A stretch of 64,000 nt of DNA from Octopus sinensis (lineage: Eukaryota), in assembly GCF_006345805.1 (NCBI RefSeq), contig NC_043001.1:17112001-17176000 (forward strand). Direction: 5' to 3'. Below, piece by piece: positions 35,228-47,679 of the stretch (its first letter is position 1; each line of letters starts with the position of its first letter). Both the position numbers and the translations under genes were made by a program. Under the pieces are notes generated by a model. That model saw only the letters and a list, made by a program, of their open reading frames with translations, did not search any database and was not told the DNA's origin.

Positions 35228-35623
35228 TCTTTATATATAAAAGTCAAGTTGTGTGTCTGTCTCCTACGATTTAGATTCCTAACTACTCCCACATTTTGCG
35301 GGGCAGTTTAACCAAAACCGGGTATCTTATAGTCGTGATTCATATCGAGCCCTTCTGGGTATTAGCGCGCGTCTACGATGAGTCTACGATTTTAAAAAAA
35401 AATTACCATCATTTTTTTCCATTTTAATGCATTTTTCGCTATTATATAAGGGAAGTAACTCTCTCAAAATGTCTACGATGAGTCAACGATTTAAAAAAAA
35501 ATTTACCATCATTTTTTTCCATTTTTAATGCATTTTTTTGCTATTTTTTGGCTATAACTCTCTAAAAATGCTTATATAGTTATTTCCCTGACAAACCCGA
35601 GTAACGCCGGGCGATACTGCTAG
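35228..35623 (+). mobile_element. Non-autonomous Helitron
   Basis: A|TC 5' end, subterminal hairpin CCCGAGTAACGCCGGG, CTAG|T 3' end; internal ~100-bp repeats. Confidence 0.88.
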
Positions 35624-36277
35624 TATAATATAATATTCTCCTAAGGTACTGAGTGTTCGTTTTTCATTCTGGTTTACACTCACGTTTTTATATACCCAGT
35701 CATATAGATATATACCCATATTTATATACATCACATACATACGTGTATGTGTACAAAGATGTGTACAGTGTGCGTAAGGTATTTGAGGACATACCTTTTT
35801 TGGGTCATTGCTGCATTTTTTGCTAACTCTGTATAATCTTTGTTTCAGAAAATTAAAATGGCAGACCCTTAGCTTACCCAAGAAATGAAGAGGCATGCTG
35901 TTATTGTGGTTATAAAGGCTGAGCATTGCGATTTAGAATCTCATTATTCTAAATCTCATTATTTTTTAAAATAATGAGACTAAGATATAAAGATTCACAT
36001 ACGAGCCGGATCTTCCGTCTGTAAGGAGTTAGAAACTGAAGATAAAAACATATCACCAGTATCAAAGTATAAAAAGCATTCTAAAAGGTTTGAAATCACA
36101 AGAACACTTGAATTTATCCAGCAAGTTTAAAAGACCAGTGATTACAATCCCAGAAAGTCCATGAAGCCAATTGCAAAAGATCTCCATGTGTCAGAAAGAA
36201 CAGTCAGAAATGTTGTCCACGGAGACATCAAATATAAGTCCAATATGATGAAGAAAGGTCAATTTGTCGGAAATGGC

Positions 36278-36330
<53 letters not shown>

Positions 36331-36332
36331 TG

Positions 36333-36368
<36 letters not shown>

Positions 36369-36408
36369 GTAATAAAAATAATAATAATAATAATAATGAT
36401 GATAATAA

Positions 36409-36496
<88 letters not shown>

Positions 36497-36650
36497 TGCA
36501 CTACTAGGCACTGCACACATCCTATGTAAAACACTTTCAATACAGTAACCATCAGAGCACCACAACAAATCACAACACATACCCAAGGCACACAGAGTTG
36601 CGCTCGGTAGTGAAGTGAAAGCACGATATAAAAATAAAACTACTGAATAA

Positions 36651-36734
<84 letters not shown>

Positions 36735-36735
36735 T
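36278..36735 (+). repeat. (AAT)n microsatellite interrupted by a LINE tail
   Basis: Direct reading. Confidence 0.95.
36495..36645 (+). mobile_element. 5'-truncated Dong/R4-clade non-LTR 3' end
   Basis: ALLGTAHILCKTLSIQ* matches the R4/Dong C-terminal LLGTAxILRxxL motif; short 3' UTR, (AAT)n on both sides. Confidence 0.75.
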
Positions 36736-37729
36736 ACAAATCAGATCTAAAAGGTTCTTTAAAAAATTGAAAAATCCAGCAGAAGATTTAGTTTGTTTTT
36801 TCTCAAAAGAGAAAAACGTCGACCAAGATCAAAAGGTTAGGAGAAGAAATGACAGATGGTTATGTGCAGACCCTTCTGAAGTTCAAAGTACTATGCATAA
36901 AAAATTTGCCACAATTGTTATAGTTTTAGGGGTTGTCAGCAATGAAGGACATGTGATGCCTCCCTACGTCTTTCTACAAGGCTTTAGAGTTAACTTTGCC
37001 GACTACATTGATCCTGGAATCAAATGTTAACCCCTGGATAGACAGCGTATGCGATGGAAGGCCATATGTGTTTCAGCAAGACTCTGCACTATCACACATG
37101 GCTCTAGTAACACAGGAATGGATGGCTGAAAATTTTCATGGTCACATAACCCCTAACATTTGGCCTCCTAATTCCCCAGATCTCAATCTATTGGACTATT
37201 ACACGTGGGGAATTGTTGAGAGGGAGTTCAACACAACACCAAAAATTCTTTGAAAGCTGCCATAGTCAGAGTAAATGTCCAAAATGAACCAGGACCACTT
37301 GATTTGAGCATGTAGATGATTTAGATCTCATACAGAAGCCGTTGTTGAAGCTGAGGGTGACGTCATTGAATAACATTATAGAAAAGAAGGTTTATTTTTA
37401 TCCTCATAGCGTTTTTTGATATATAATGTTATCATCTGTTATTATATATCTGGGTCTTTTTTTAATAAATATAAATCTGTCCTCAAATATCTTACGCACA
37501 CTGTATATACCTTATATCTACCACGGACTGTGCGAAGCTTACTACCTTCATACACCCAGATCTTTGTATCTTACAATTACTAATCAATATGTATATGTGT
37601 ATATGTATATATGTATATTTATGTGTGTGTGTTTGTGTGTGTATATGTGTGTGCATATGTATGTGTGTGTATATGTATGTGTGGGATGTGTGTATATATG
37701 TCTATGTATGTGTGTATGCATGTATATAT

Positions 37730-38269
37730 GCCGAATTTTAGAAGCTTACCTTTCGACTTATTTTAAAACATGGGTAGGCCCATAAAATAGGATTCGACTA
37801 CACCTCCATTTAGAGCACAGTTAAAGCTACCTTAAAGAAGGTTTATGTTCCTATAACCAGTATTAATTCTGTAACCCTTTAAAATGGAAGATAAGAAAGT
37901 TCATTTTTGGCACTTGATGGTTTGGGAACCAGACAAAAATTGCTGCAGCTCTGCTCGGATGTGTTACCCCACCCTCCGTATTCACCAGATATTGCTCCTT
38001 CGGATTTCCACTTACTCAGGTCTCTGCAGAATAGTCTTAATGGTAAAAATGTCAATTCCTTGGATGACGTAAACAGATACTTTGATTAATTATTTGCCAT
38101 GAAACCACCTCAATTCTGGGAAGAGGATGTTTTCAAGTTAAAGGAAAGATGGAGACACATTGTGCAACAAAATGGTTCATATTTGGTTGATTAAAAATGT
38201 AATGGCAAGTATTTATTGACCTTTTCCTTTACTTTAAAAATCTGCTCGAACTTTCCGGACAACCCAATA
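37730..38269 (+). mobile_element. Internally deleted mariner (same family as 8942-9519; catalytic C-terminus retained)
   Basis: Same 5' UTR and right TIR; MEDKKVHFWHLM joined to HPPYSPDIAPSDFHLLRSLQNSL...WRHIVQQNGSYLVD*. Confidence 0.9.
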
Positions 38270-38569
38270 ATAAAATCATAGTGATTAAATTGAAAACAGA
38301 AACGAATGGATAGTTCAAAACCTTTTTATTTCGCCTTTGTTTACTAAATATTACACCAAGTAATATGCAACAATTATTCCTTCGATACACACGCGGATTT
38401 GTAGAGTTACCTGGGACCAGAGAACAACTCTTTAATTCTTTATAGTCTGCTGATTTGACTAGTTGATTACCTGGAATAACTTTCTCGGATTAACCTGTTT
38501 AGCCCAAAAAATACGTCGAGGTGTTTCTAAGTTAATTTCCCAAGATCTACACCATCATGAGTTATACTA

Positions 38570-38584
38570 TATCTATTCAATCTA

Positions 38585-38647
<63 letters not shown>

Positions 38648-38678
38648 CATCCATCCATCTATCTATCTATCTACCTAC

Positions 38679-38723
<45 letters not shown>

Positions 38724-38745
38724 CATCTATCTATCTATCTACATA
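38570..38745. repeat. (TCTA)n microsatellite
   Basis: Direct reading. Confidence 0.95.
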
Positions 38746-38779
38746 AATTTATATAAATAAGGATAAGATCGATATCTAA

Positions 38780-38974
38780 ATACCGATCTTATCAGGTGGC
38801 CAGCATGGGAATAAAAAACCTTCAAAGGTAATACTTATTATTAAAATTATATTTTAGGGTATCTAAGAGATACCACCATGCTGGAAATAGCAGCCAAAAC
38901 TTGACTCTAAAACCACATCAAATGTTCGTCAAGTTTTGGCTGCTATTTCCAGCATGATTGTATCTCTTGGATAC
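38780..38974. repeat. Fold-back repeat (hairpin 38859-38974), same family as 23290-23457
   Basis: 47-nt arms GTATCTAAGAGATAC...CAGCCAAAACTTGAC with a 22-nt loop. Confidence 0.9.
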
Positions 38975-39064
38975 TCGAATAATTTTATGTATCTACATAT
39001 ATATTTTCTGTATATGTGTATATATATATATATTATATATATATTATATATATATTATATATAT

Positions 39065-39119
<55 letters not shown>

Positions 39120-39463
39120 ATATATATATATGTATCTATGTATATTTATAGATTTTTATATATTCTTTGCTTTGCATTGAACCAGCGAACTTGGATGTTT
39201 AACATCCCTTTGAAGGATTTAGGTCCTTGCTTTTACTACACACACACACACACATATTTGTGTGTACGTGAGTGAGAGAGAGAGTGGGGAAGAGAGGCAA
39301 ACTTGTTTAATACAATACCAATCCCTTCTTGAAATCTCCAAAGAAAGACAAATCCACGGATACAACTCAAAACATATGGGAGTTACTAATCGGTTTACAG
39401 TACCACAGCACACTAATCTTGCAGTTACTTCCTCAAATTAAGTATATAAACTTGTTTCCTGGT

Positions 39464-39503
<40 letters not shown>

Positions 39504-39904
39504 TTCAATTAAGCAGGTTATTTTAGACTCTCCAAAACACCTCATCATAGCATCGGATAAACAACGAAGATAAACGCCCGAGTTTGTGAAGAAATTAAAT
39601 GATTTAATATAAGACTATTAGTGTAAAAAAACTTTTAAGCGATATAATTATTTATACAACAAAACGGTAAATTACAGTCAAAAGCAAATAAACAGAAGGC
39701 CGCACCAGGTGTAGCGTTCCTATAGTTTGGCAGATTACGAACGTACTGACTGCACCGGTCTTTCTGAAGATGTATTTATTTTGATTTTTGAAATGAAGAT
39801 TTCAATCTCCCAAAGGATACATATACGCATGTACACACACACACAAACACACATGCACACACACACACACATGCACACGCACGTGCTTACATATACTCTC
39901 TTTA

Positions 39905-40305
39905 CTCTTTACTCTTTTACTCTTTTACTTGTTTCAGTCATTTGACTGCGGCCATGCTGGAGCACCGCCTTTAGTCGAGCAAATCGACCCCGGGACTTAT
40001 TCTTTGTAAGCCCAGTACTTATTCTATCGGTCTCTTTTGCCGAACCGCTAGCTAACGGGGACGTAAACACACCAGCATCGGCTGTCAAGCAATGCTAGGG
40101 GGACAAACACAGACACACAAACACATACATATATATACATATACATATATACGACAGGCTTCTTTCAGTTTCCGTTTACCAAATCCACTCACAAGGCATT
40201 GGTCGGCCCGGGGCTATAGCAGAAGACACTTGCCCAAGATGCCACGCAGTGGGACAGAACCCGGAACCATGTGGTTGGTAAGCAAGCTACTTACCACACA
40301 GCCAC
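39905..40305 (-). mobile_element. SINE B full length
   Basis: Consensus match; head-to-head with the copy starting at 40325. Confidence 0.9.
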
Positions 40306-40324
40306 TATCTAAACAATATACATA

Positions 40325-40506
40325 GACGCAGGATGGCTGAGTGGTAAGTAGCTTGCTTACGAACGACATGGTTCCTGGTTCAGTCCCACTGCATGGCATC
40401 TTGGGCAAGTGTCTTCTGCTATAACCTCGGGCAGTCCAAATCCTTGTGACTGGATTTGGTCGACGGAAATTGAAAGACTCCCGTCGTATATATGTCTATA
40501 TATGTG

Positions 40507-40537
<31 letters not shown>

Positions 40538-40542
40538 ATGTG

Positions 40543-40575
<33 letters not shown>

Positions 40576-40804
40576 GTATGCATGTGTGTGTATACGTTTG
40601 TTTATCTGTGTTTGTCCCCCCAACATCGCTTGACAACCGATGGTGGTGTGTTTACGTCCCCGTAACCTAGCGGTTCGGCAAAAAAGTCCGATAGAATAAG
40701 TACTAGGCTTACAAAGAATAAGTCCTGGGGTCGATTTGCTCGGCTGAAGACGGTGCTCCAGCATGTCCACAGTCAAATGACTGAAACAGGTAAAAGAGCA
40801 AAGA

Positions 40805-40875
<71 letters not shown>

Positions 40876-40930
40876 TTGTATATATATATGTGTGTGTGTG
40901 TTTGTATATATATGTGTGTGTGTGTGTTTG

Positions 40931-40962
<32 letters not shown>

Positions 40963-41203
40963 GTGTATGTGTGTGTATGCATGTGTGTGTATACGTTTGT
41001 TTATCTGTGTTTGTCCCCCCAACATCGCTTGACAACCGATGGTGGTGTGTTTACGTCCCCGTAACCTAGCGGTTCGGCAAAAAAGTCCGATAGAATAAGT
41101 ACTAGGCTTACAAAGAATAAGTCCTGGGGTCGATTTGCTCGGCTGAAGACGGTGCTCCAGCATGTCCACAGTCAAATGACTGAAACAGGTAAAAGAGCAA
41201 AGA

Positions 41204-41273
<70 letters not shown>

Positions 41274-41326
41274 TTGTATATATATGTGTGTGTGTGTTTG
41301 TATATATATGTGTGTGTGTGTGTTTG

Positions 41327-41363
<37 letters not shown>

Positions 41364-41368
41364 ATGTG

Positions 41369-41401
<33 letters not shown>

Positions 41402-41631
41402 GTATGCATGTGTGTGTATACGTTTGTTTATCTGTGTTTGTCCCCCCAACATCGCTTGACAACCGATGGTGGTGTGTTTACGTCCCCGTAACCTAGCGGT
41501 TCGGCAAAAAAGTCCGATAGAATAAGTACTAGGCTTACAAAGAATAAGTCCTGGGGTCGATTTGCTCGGCTGAAGACGGTGCTCCAGCATGTCCACAGTC
41601 AAATGACTGAAACAGGTAAAAGAGCAAAGAG

Positions 41632-41632
<1 letters not shown>
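40325..41632 (+). repeat. SINE B with its 3' half triplicated in tandem
   Basis: Units at 40593, 40992 and 41419 share private variants (AAAAAGTCCGATAG, CAGCATGTCCACAG); only the microsatellite spacers differ. Confidence 0.92.
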
Positions 41633-41671
<39 letters not shown>

Positions 41672-41760
41672 ATATATATATGTGTGTATGTGTGTGTGTG
41701 TGTTTGTATATATATATGTGTGTGTGTGTTTGTATATATATGTGTGTGTGTGTGTGTTTG

Positions 41761-41800
<40 letters not shown>

Positions 41801-42436
41801 CGTGTGTGCATTTGTGTAAGCGTTAATTACACCTGTCTGTCTGTCTGTCTGACTGTCTAGATAGATAGATAAATAGATAGATACATGCATATATACATAC
41901 ATAATTATATTGTATTAGGGTTAATACATTTATATATATGTCTTTTGGTACATTTTTTAACCATATGTGTGTATTTGTATCCTTGCGTTTCCACACATGT
42001 TTGTATGAATTTATCTACAAAGCAAGGTCACCATTGATCTCGTAGCCTCGCTCCTCAGGCCTTCCCTCCCGATAGCATGGAAAACCTTTTGAAAAACTCT
42101 CGTTCAAACTTCCCACTCCAAAAGTTAACAACTAGTTTTCTAAAGATTATTTTCATTTAATTTTGGTATTGAAATCGCTTGAAAAGACATAAAAATCCAT
42201 TATATTACAAGCTGAAGGCCTGAACTTTGGAAGGAGTGGGCTAATCGATTTTATCGACCGCAGTACTATCTACGCACATCACGTTCATACGTGTATGTGC
42301 ATACACACATATACACACATATGTATATATATTATATCTACGGGAAGCTTTATGAAAATAAACAAAAGACGAAGGCAGGTGGAATACAAACAAACAATTG
42401 TATTAGTATGGCGCTCAGGAATATAAATAAAACAAG

Positions 42437-42474
42437 TCTTTTACGTTTCGAGCCTACGCTCTTCAACAGAAAGA
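42437..42474 (-). ncRNA. Degenerate type I hammerhead in PLE-type terminal repeat (42335-42560)
   Basis: TCTTT-CTGTTGA-A-GAGC(GTAG)GCTC-GAAA-CGT-A-AAAGA: 5-bp stem I and 4-bp stem II, A6 changed to U. Confidence 0.55.
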
Positions 42475-42894
42475 TACACAGAAAAGAAACACGGAAAGAA
42501 ACAAGGAGAGAAAAAAAAATGCGTGCAGAAGCTAGCGAATCAACATGGCGTACTACGGATTCTTCGAGGTTTACTACCTTCTTACAACTAGATCTTCGGA
42601 TCTTACAATTACAAATGAAATGATGAAAGGATGAAAAAGAAAGTCAATCTCAGCGGACTCACAACACAGAACCTAAAGACAGACGAAACGAACTGACGCT
42701 AAGCATTTCGTTCAGCGTTCTAAGAATTCTGTCAGCTCATCGCTTTCTTGGAAAGGCGTAATAATGGCCAGATAGATGTTCGGTGCTGGGGAAAAACAAA
42801 AACAAAGACTGACTCTTACTAATAAGGAAATGATCCAGATGGGTGCAGAGGGGGGGATTTTTGTATGCGGGGAAAAAATTATAATTATTTAAAT

Positions 42895-43390
42895 GGTTGC
42901 TTGGTAGAAACCCTATCTTGCTCAGAACATTGACCTCCTGGAATCTGTCCAGAGACGTGCAACCAAACGCATACCCTCCATCAGACACCTACCATATTCT
43001 GAGCGCCTTGTTTCCCTGGGCATGGATTCACTGAAGCTCCGGCGTCTGGCGACGGACTTGGTAAACACCCACAAAGTTATCAACCACCTCACCAACAACA
43101 ACACTGAACACCTATTTGATCTTCATGTGTCTAACACACGTGGACATGCCTACAAATTCAGAAAACAACACAGCTCCCACGACTTTCGGAAACATTTTTT
43201 CACGCTCAGAGTTGCTGAAGCATGGATTAAACTGCCTGCATCAGTTGTTGACTGCCATGACACTGCATCCTTTAAGGCCCTCATGCTTTCCGAAATCCGC
43301 CGAAACTACACCTGATTATATATACACTTTAGATGAGTTGTAGTGCACCTGAGCACTGTACACAATTATTATTATTATTATTATTATTTT
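42895..43390 (+). pseudogene. CR1-clade LINE 3' end
   Basis: LESVQRRATKRIP...YSERL...RRLATDL...TRGH...RKHFFTLRVAEAWIKLP...; short 3' UTR and (TAT)n tail. Confidence 0.9.
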
Positions 43391-43459
43391 ATTTTAAGAA
43401 CGTTGAGCAAAGAGCAAAGGTAGTCATGAGATGAAAACATTATAAGGAATCTAAGCCGA

Positions 43460-43990
43460 GGTGGACTTGGCCTTCTATCCTTTCGGGATCAATAAATTAT
43501 GCACCAATCGCATACTGGGGTCGATCTAATCGACTGGCCCCCCTCCCCCAACATTTCGGGCATTGTGCTCAGAGTAGAAACGTATATGTATAAACAAAGC
43601 CGACGAGCTGGCAAGAATCGTTAGCACGCCGGGGCGAAATGCTTTGCGGTATTTCGTCCGCCGCTGCGTCCTAAGTTCAAATTCCGCCGAGGTCGACTTT
43701 GCCTTTCATTCTTTCGGGGTCAATAAATTAAGTACCAGTTACGCAATGGGGTCGATGTAATCGACTTAATCCGTTTGTCTGTCCTTGTTTGTCCTGTCTG
43801 TGTTTAACCCCTTGTGGGTAGTAAAGAAATAGGTATTTCGTCTGTCTTTATGTTCTGAGTTCAAATTCCGCCCTGTTGACTTTGTCTTTCATCCTTTCGG
43901 AGTCGGTAACAAAGTAACAGTTACGTACTGGGATCGATCTAATCGACTGGCCACCTCTCCAATATTTCGGGTCTCGTGCCTATAGTAGAA
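43460..43990 (+). mobile_element. SINE A-type tandem cluster
   Basis: Three central domains with short and long tails. Confidence 0.8.
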
Positions 43991-44575
43991 AAGTATATAC
44001 AGAATCTAAGCACATACAAGGTTTTATACAGGCTCTTAGTTGCGTAAGATCAAAATAATGTATTTATTCTTTTGCTTAGTATTGGAGCAGGAAAGATGAT
44101 TCGAGGATTGATATAAAATTTCTCTGGAAGACAATAGTTACATTATTTTGATTTATTTATTTCTAAACACTTGTGTTTTGCCCAGCATTGTTCATATAAT
44201 AATGATGTTCTTACTTTTTGCTTTTGATTTGTACGTAATACTTTTGCTTTCTGATGCTTTAAAACAATGGATATTTCGTATTTTTATGTTTGTTTATTTC
44301 TTTTTCTTTTATTTCCTTTGTGCCGAACAGCTGGTGTAATTTGTGGCCTTTAGAGAAATATTTGTTCAACAGGAAGTGACGAATGCTTTGCAAAACTGGT
44401 GCATAAACAATGCTGTATAGTATGTTATACAAAAGCATAAACTTCCTAGAATTTTCAGACAGTGGTTAGTTGATGGTAAACCTCAAATTTTTCCCGATAT
44501 TGGCATCGTGTCAGTGTCTTACTTCAGTATTACGCAATCCCAATAATTATGACTTTATTGTAGAACAAAGCATAT

Positions 44576-44970
44576 ATTAATAAATCTCTGAACGAGATGT
44601 AAACAGTAACCGCTCGACAACGTAAAGTGTACTAGCCATCTGAATGTGGCTAGCCACTGGGGGTGGGTGTTACTGAAGCTTATAGCCCCAGGAGATCATC
44701 GTCTCCAGCTGGCTTTAGACACACTCTCTGTGCCTTCTGATATTCGCAAAGGGAGGTCATCCCCTCTCGAAAACCTAAGTGATATATACGGACAATAGTT
44801 TCGAGGTATTTGCCTCTCGTCAACGTACGGTAATCACCGATTTTCGATTGGAGAGACCTGTTTGCGAATATCTATTTAATGTTTTTCCCAGCAACCACTG
44901 TCACTGATTTAGAAAAACTGTCTGAAAGCATTAATAAATCTCCGAACGAGATGTAAACAGTAACCGCTCG
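44576..44970 (-). mobile_element. Retrozyme-like 354-bp circularly permuted unit with hammerhead
   Basis: 41-bp direct repeat (1 mismatch) at 44576 and 44930; intact hammerhead 44787-44827; homologous to 34733-35107. Confidence 0.75.
44787..44827 (-). ncRNA. Type I hammerhead ribozyme, U3.G8, GUC site
   Basis: TACG-TTGACGA-GAGG(CAAATA)CCTC-GAAA-C(TATT)G-TC-CGTA: all three stems pair; predicted cut between 44791 and 44790. Confidence 0.85.
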
Positions 44971-45146
44971 GGCAACATGGTTGATGATATTGTGTGGATA
45001 GTTTAATTACATATGGATGGCACAATTACATGTGGCTGGCGGAAAAATGCTATAGAGTTCCCTGGACAGCTTGCATGTTTTTATATTTAGTTTAAATGCG
45101 AAGCGAAGAAACCCTTTTGGCACATTTGAGTCAAGTATGTTCATTT

Positions 45147-45380
45147 TCGGCGGCGAGCTGGCAAAAACGTTAGCACGCCGGGCGAAATGCGTAGCCGTAT
45201 TTCGTCTGTCGTTACGGTCGAAGTTCAAATTCCGCCGAGGTCGACTTTGCCTTTTATCCTTTCGGGGTCGATAAATTAAGTACCAGTTATGCACTGGGGT
45301 CGATGTAATCGACTTAATCCCTTTGTCTGTCCTTGTTTGTCCCCTCTGTGTTTAGCCCTTTGTGGGTAGTAAAGAAATAT
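45147..45380 (+). mobile_element. SINE A monomer
   Basis: Consensus match. Confidence 0.88.
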
Positions 45381-45647
45381 ATGTTCATTTTCGTTTTTCG
45401 CTTCATGGAGACGTTCGCAGGAAGTTTGCACGGGTGATTTCAATTCGTAAGGCTGTTATCTAAGTCGAGAGACATTCTAATATCTGCTTCATATTTATTC
45501 ATTCAAGGACCATCGGGATGCTTCCATGGGTGCATCATAAATTGGAGATTCAGCTGAGTTACTTTTATATATATATAAACACATGTGAACCGTTGGAATT
45601 TTTTTTTTCTCCGTCTTCCTTTTCTATTGGACATTCCTCTGTCTCTT

Positions 45648-45682
45648 GTTTCCGAAGAAGAGTTTTGCTCGAAACGTAAAAT
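45648..45682 (+). ncRNA. Degenerate type I hammerhead in PLE-type terminal repeat (45580-45800)
   Basis: GTTT-CCGAAGA-A-GAGT(TTT)GCTC-GAAA-CGT-A-AAAT; U4 changed to C. Confidence 0.5.
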
Positions 45683-45814
45683 CACCTTTCTTTCCTTCCC
45701 TGAGCGTCTGCTAATACTTTACATGTACCACGTCCTCGCATGGTTGTTTTTTTGTGTTTGTTCTTTGTTTTTGTTTTTTTTGATTTACAATATACATTCT
45801 TCTTTTCTTTTATT

Positions 45815-45979
45815 TGTTTCAGTCATTTGACAGCGGCCATACTGGAACACCACCTTTAGCGGAACAAATCGACTCCGGAACTTATTCTTTGTAAGCCTAG
45901 TAAGCCTATCGGTCTCTTTTGCCGAATCGGTTGTCTAGTGATGGTGGGATACAAACACACACAAACGCACACACACACA

Positions 45980-46010
<31 letters not shown>

Positions 46011-46190
46011 TAGATATATACTCATATATATGATGGGCTTCTTTCAGTTTCCGTCTATTAAATTCACTTATAAGGCTTTGATCTGTCCAAGGCTATAGTA
46101 GAAGACACTTGCCCAAGGTGCGACGTAGGGGGACTGAACCCGTGATTATGTGATCGGGAAGCAACCTTCTTATTTCGCAGCAACGCTTGC
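45815..46190 (-). mobile_element. Older SINE B
   Basis: Diverged consensus match. Confidence 0.8.
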
Positions 46191-46254
46191 GCCGAAATTA
46201 CTTTTTGAAAATAAAAAAATTCACATCGTTTTGACTATTGTTTGAAGATAATAT

Positions 46255-46745
46255 TTTACATAAATTAGCCATCCTCAGCTTCCACCTCGGCCTCAACACG
46301 GATTCGAAACCTGGTGCATGCTCTCCTCCCTGTGTCCGTGGGAAGACCTTTGGACACTTTTGTGATCTTGGCTACCACCTTTGCCTTAATGTTGCTGGCA
46401 GAATAGTTGGTCTCTTTCCCGATTACAATCGGGTGGAGATGGGGATGTTTACAAAGCCAGAAACTGGCGCTGGTGAAGTCGTAAAAATTCTCCGACAATC
46501 ACTTCTGAATCTTTCCGGTGGTATGGCAAGGTGCCGAATCCTGGTGCCATACATATGGCTTTCTATTAGTAACCCTCTCTAGCTAAGGTTCGATCACAAT
46601 CTCCAGCAGCTTCACAAAGCCGTCTGAATTGTACCTAGACCTGACGGCTTTGTTAACAGATAAGAGGCACCATAGCGTCACCCTCACTGAAGATATACCC
46701 AAAGACCATCACAGTTTGTGGGTACTTGGTTTTCATGAGTCCATG
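46255..46745 (-). pseudogene. maT-like transposase C-terminal fragment
   Basis: KTKYPQTVMVFG, KPYVWHQDSAPCHT, SENFYDFTSASFW, RRACTRFRIRVEAEVEAEDG. Confidence 0.8.
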
Positions 46746-47019
46746 GCACATCTTAAGCCTTTACAGTGCTCACAGAGCATTCAATAGCAATTACGATGTC
46801 GGTTTTTTTATACCCGGCGCGAATCAACGCGCTGCAAATAATTATTTTCCGATATTCAGATGGCTTTTAATCCTCCATGTCAGCTAACTTTTTCTCAACA
46901 ACTGCTACAATTTTTATGCTCTCCAACGCCGTTGACTGTTTACCAAAACATCACGCTGTTCCCAACAAAAAGAAGGTATATAAAAATAGTCAAATTTAGA
47001 CCGAACGGACAGCATATAC

Positions 47020-47503
47020 ATGAATACATACATACATACATACATACATACATACATACATACATACATACATACACACATACATACATACATTATTACA
47101 TACATACATACTTGCAAATATATATATATAAAATCACACGTGCCTCATATATAGTCACACGTACATACGCGCGCACACACACACACACGCACACGCACAT
47201 ATATATATATACATTATGTGTGTGTGTCTGTATGTATGTAATATATATGTATGTTTATGGCGTGCAGAATATTATGAAAACAAATGGTGAGTAAAGTTAC
47301 ATAAATATATATGTACAATCATATATACATATACACACCAACTCTGTCACCTATGTATATATATATATAAATTTATATATATATATATATATATAATATA
47401 TATATATATATAATACATGTATGTATATATATATATACATATATATATATTACACATACATGTGTATATATATATACACATTTATATATATATTTATGTA
47501 TAT

Positions 47504-47541
<38 letters not shown>

Positions 47542-47579
47542 TGTATATTATATATATATATATTATATATATATATATG

Positions 47580-47645
<66 letters not shown>
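47020..47645. repeat. (CATA)n and (TA)n microsatellites
   Basis: Direct reading. Confidence 0.95.
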
Positions 47646-47649
<4 letters not shown>

Positions 47650-47679
47650 TTGAGTTGTGGGGTATCGCACGAGTGGGAT

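Larger units (their letters stand above)
35766..37503 (+). mobile_element. Full-length maT (DD37D) Tc1/mariner transposon, decayed, with nested insertion
   Basis: 26-bp TIRs CAGTGTGCGTAAG(G/A)TATTTGAGGACA flanked by TA. FQQD...WPPNSPDLNLLD has 37 residues between the 2nd and 3rd Asp. Confidence 0.92.

Noticed and set aside
39660-39800. CTGAAGA followed by a distant GAAA
   Set aside because: No pairing for stems I-III.
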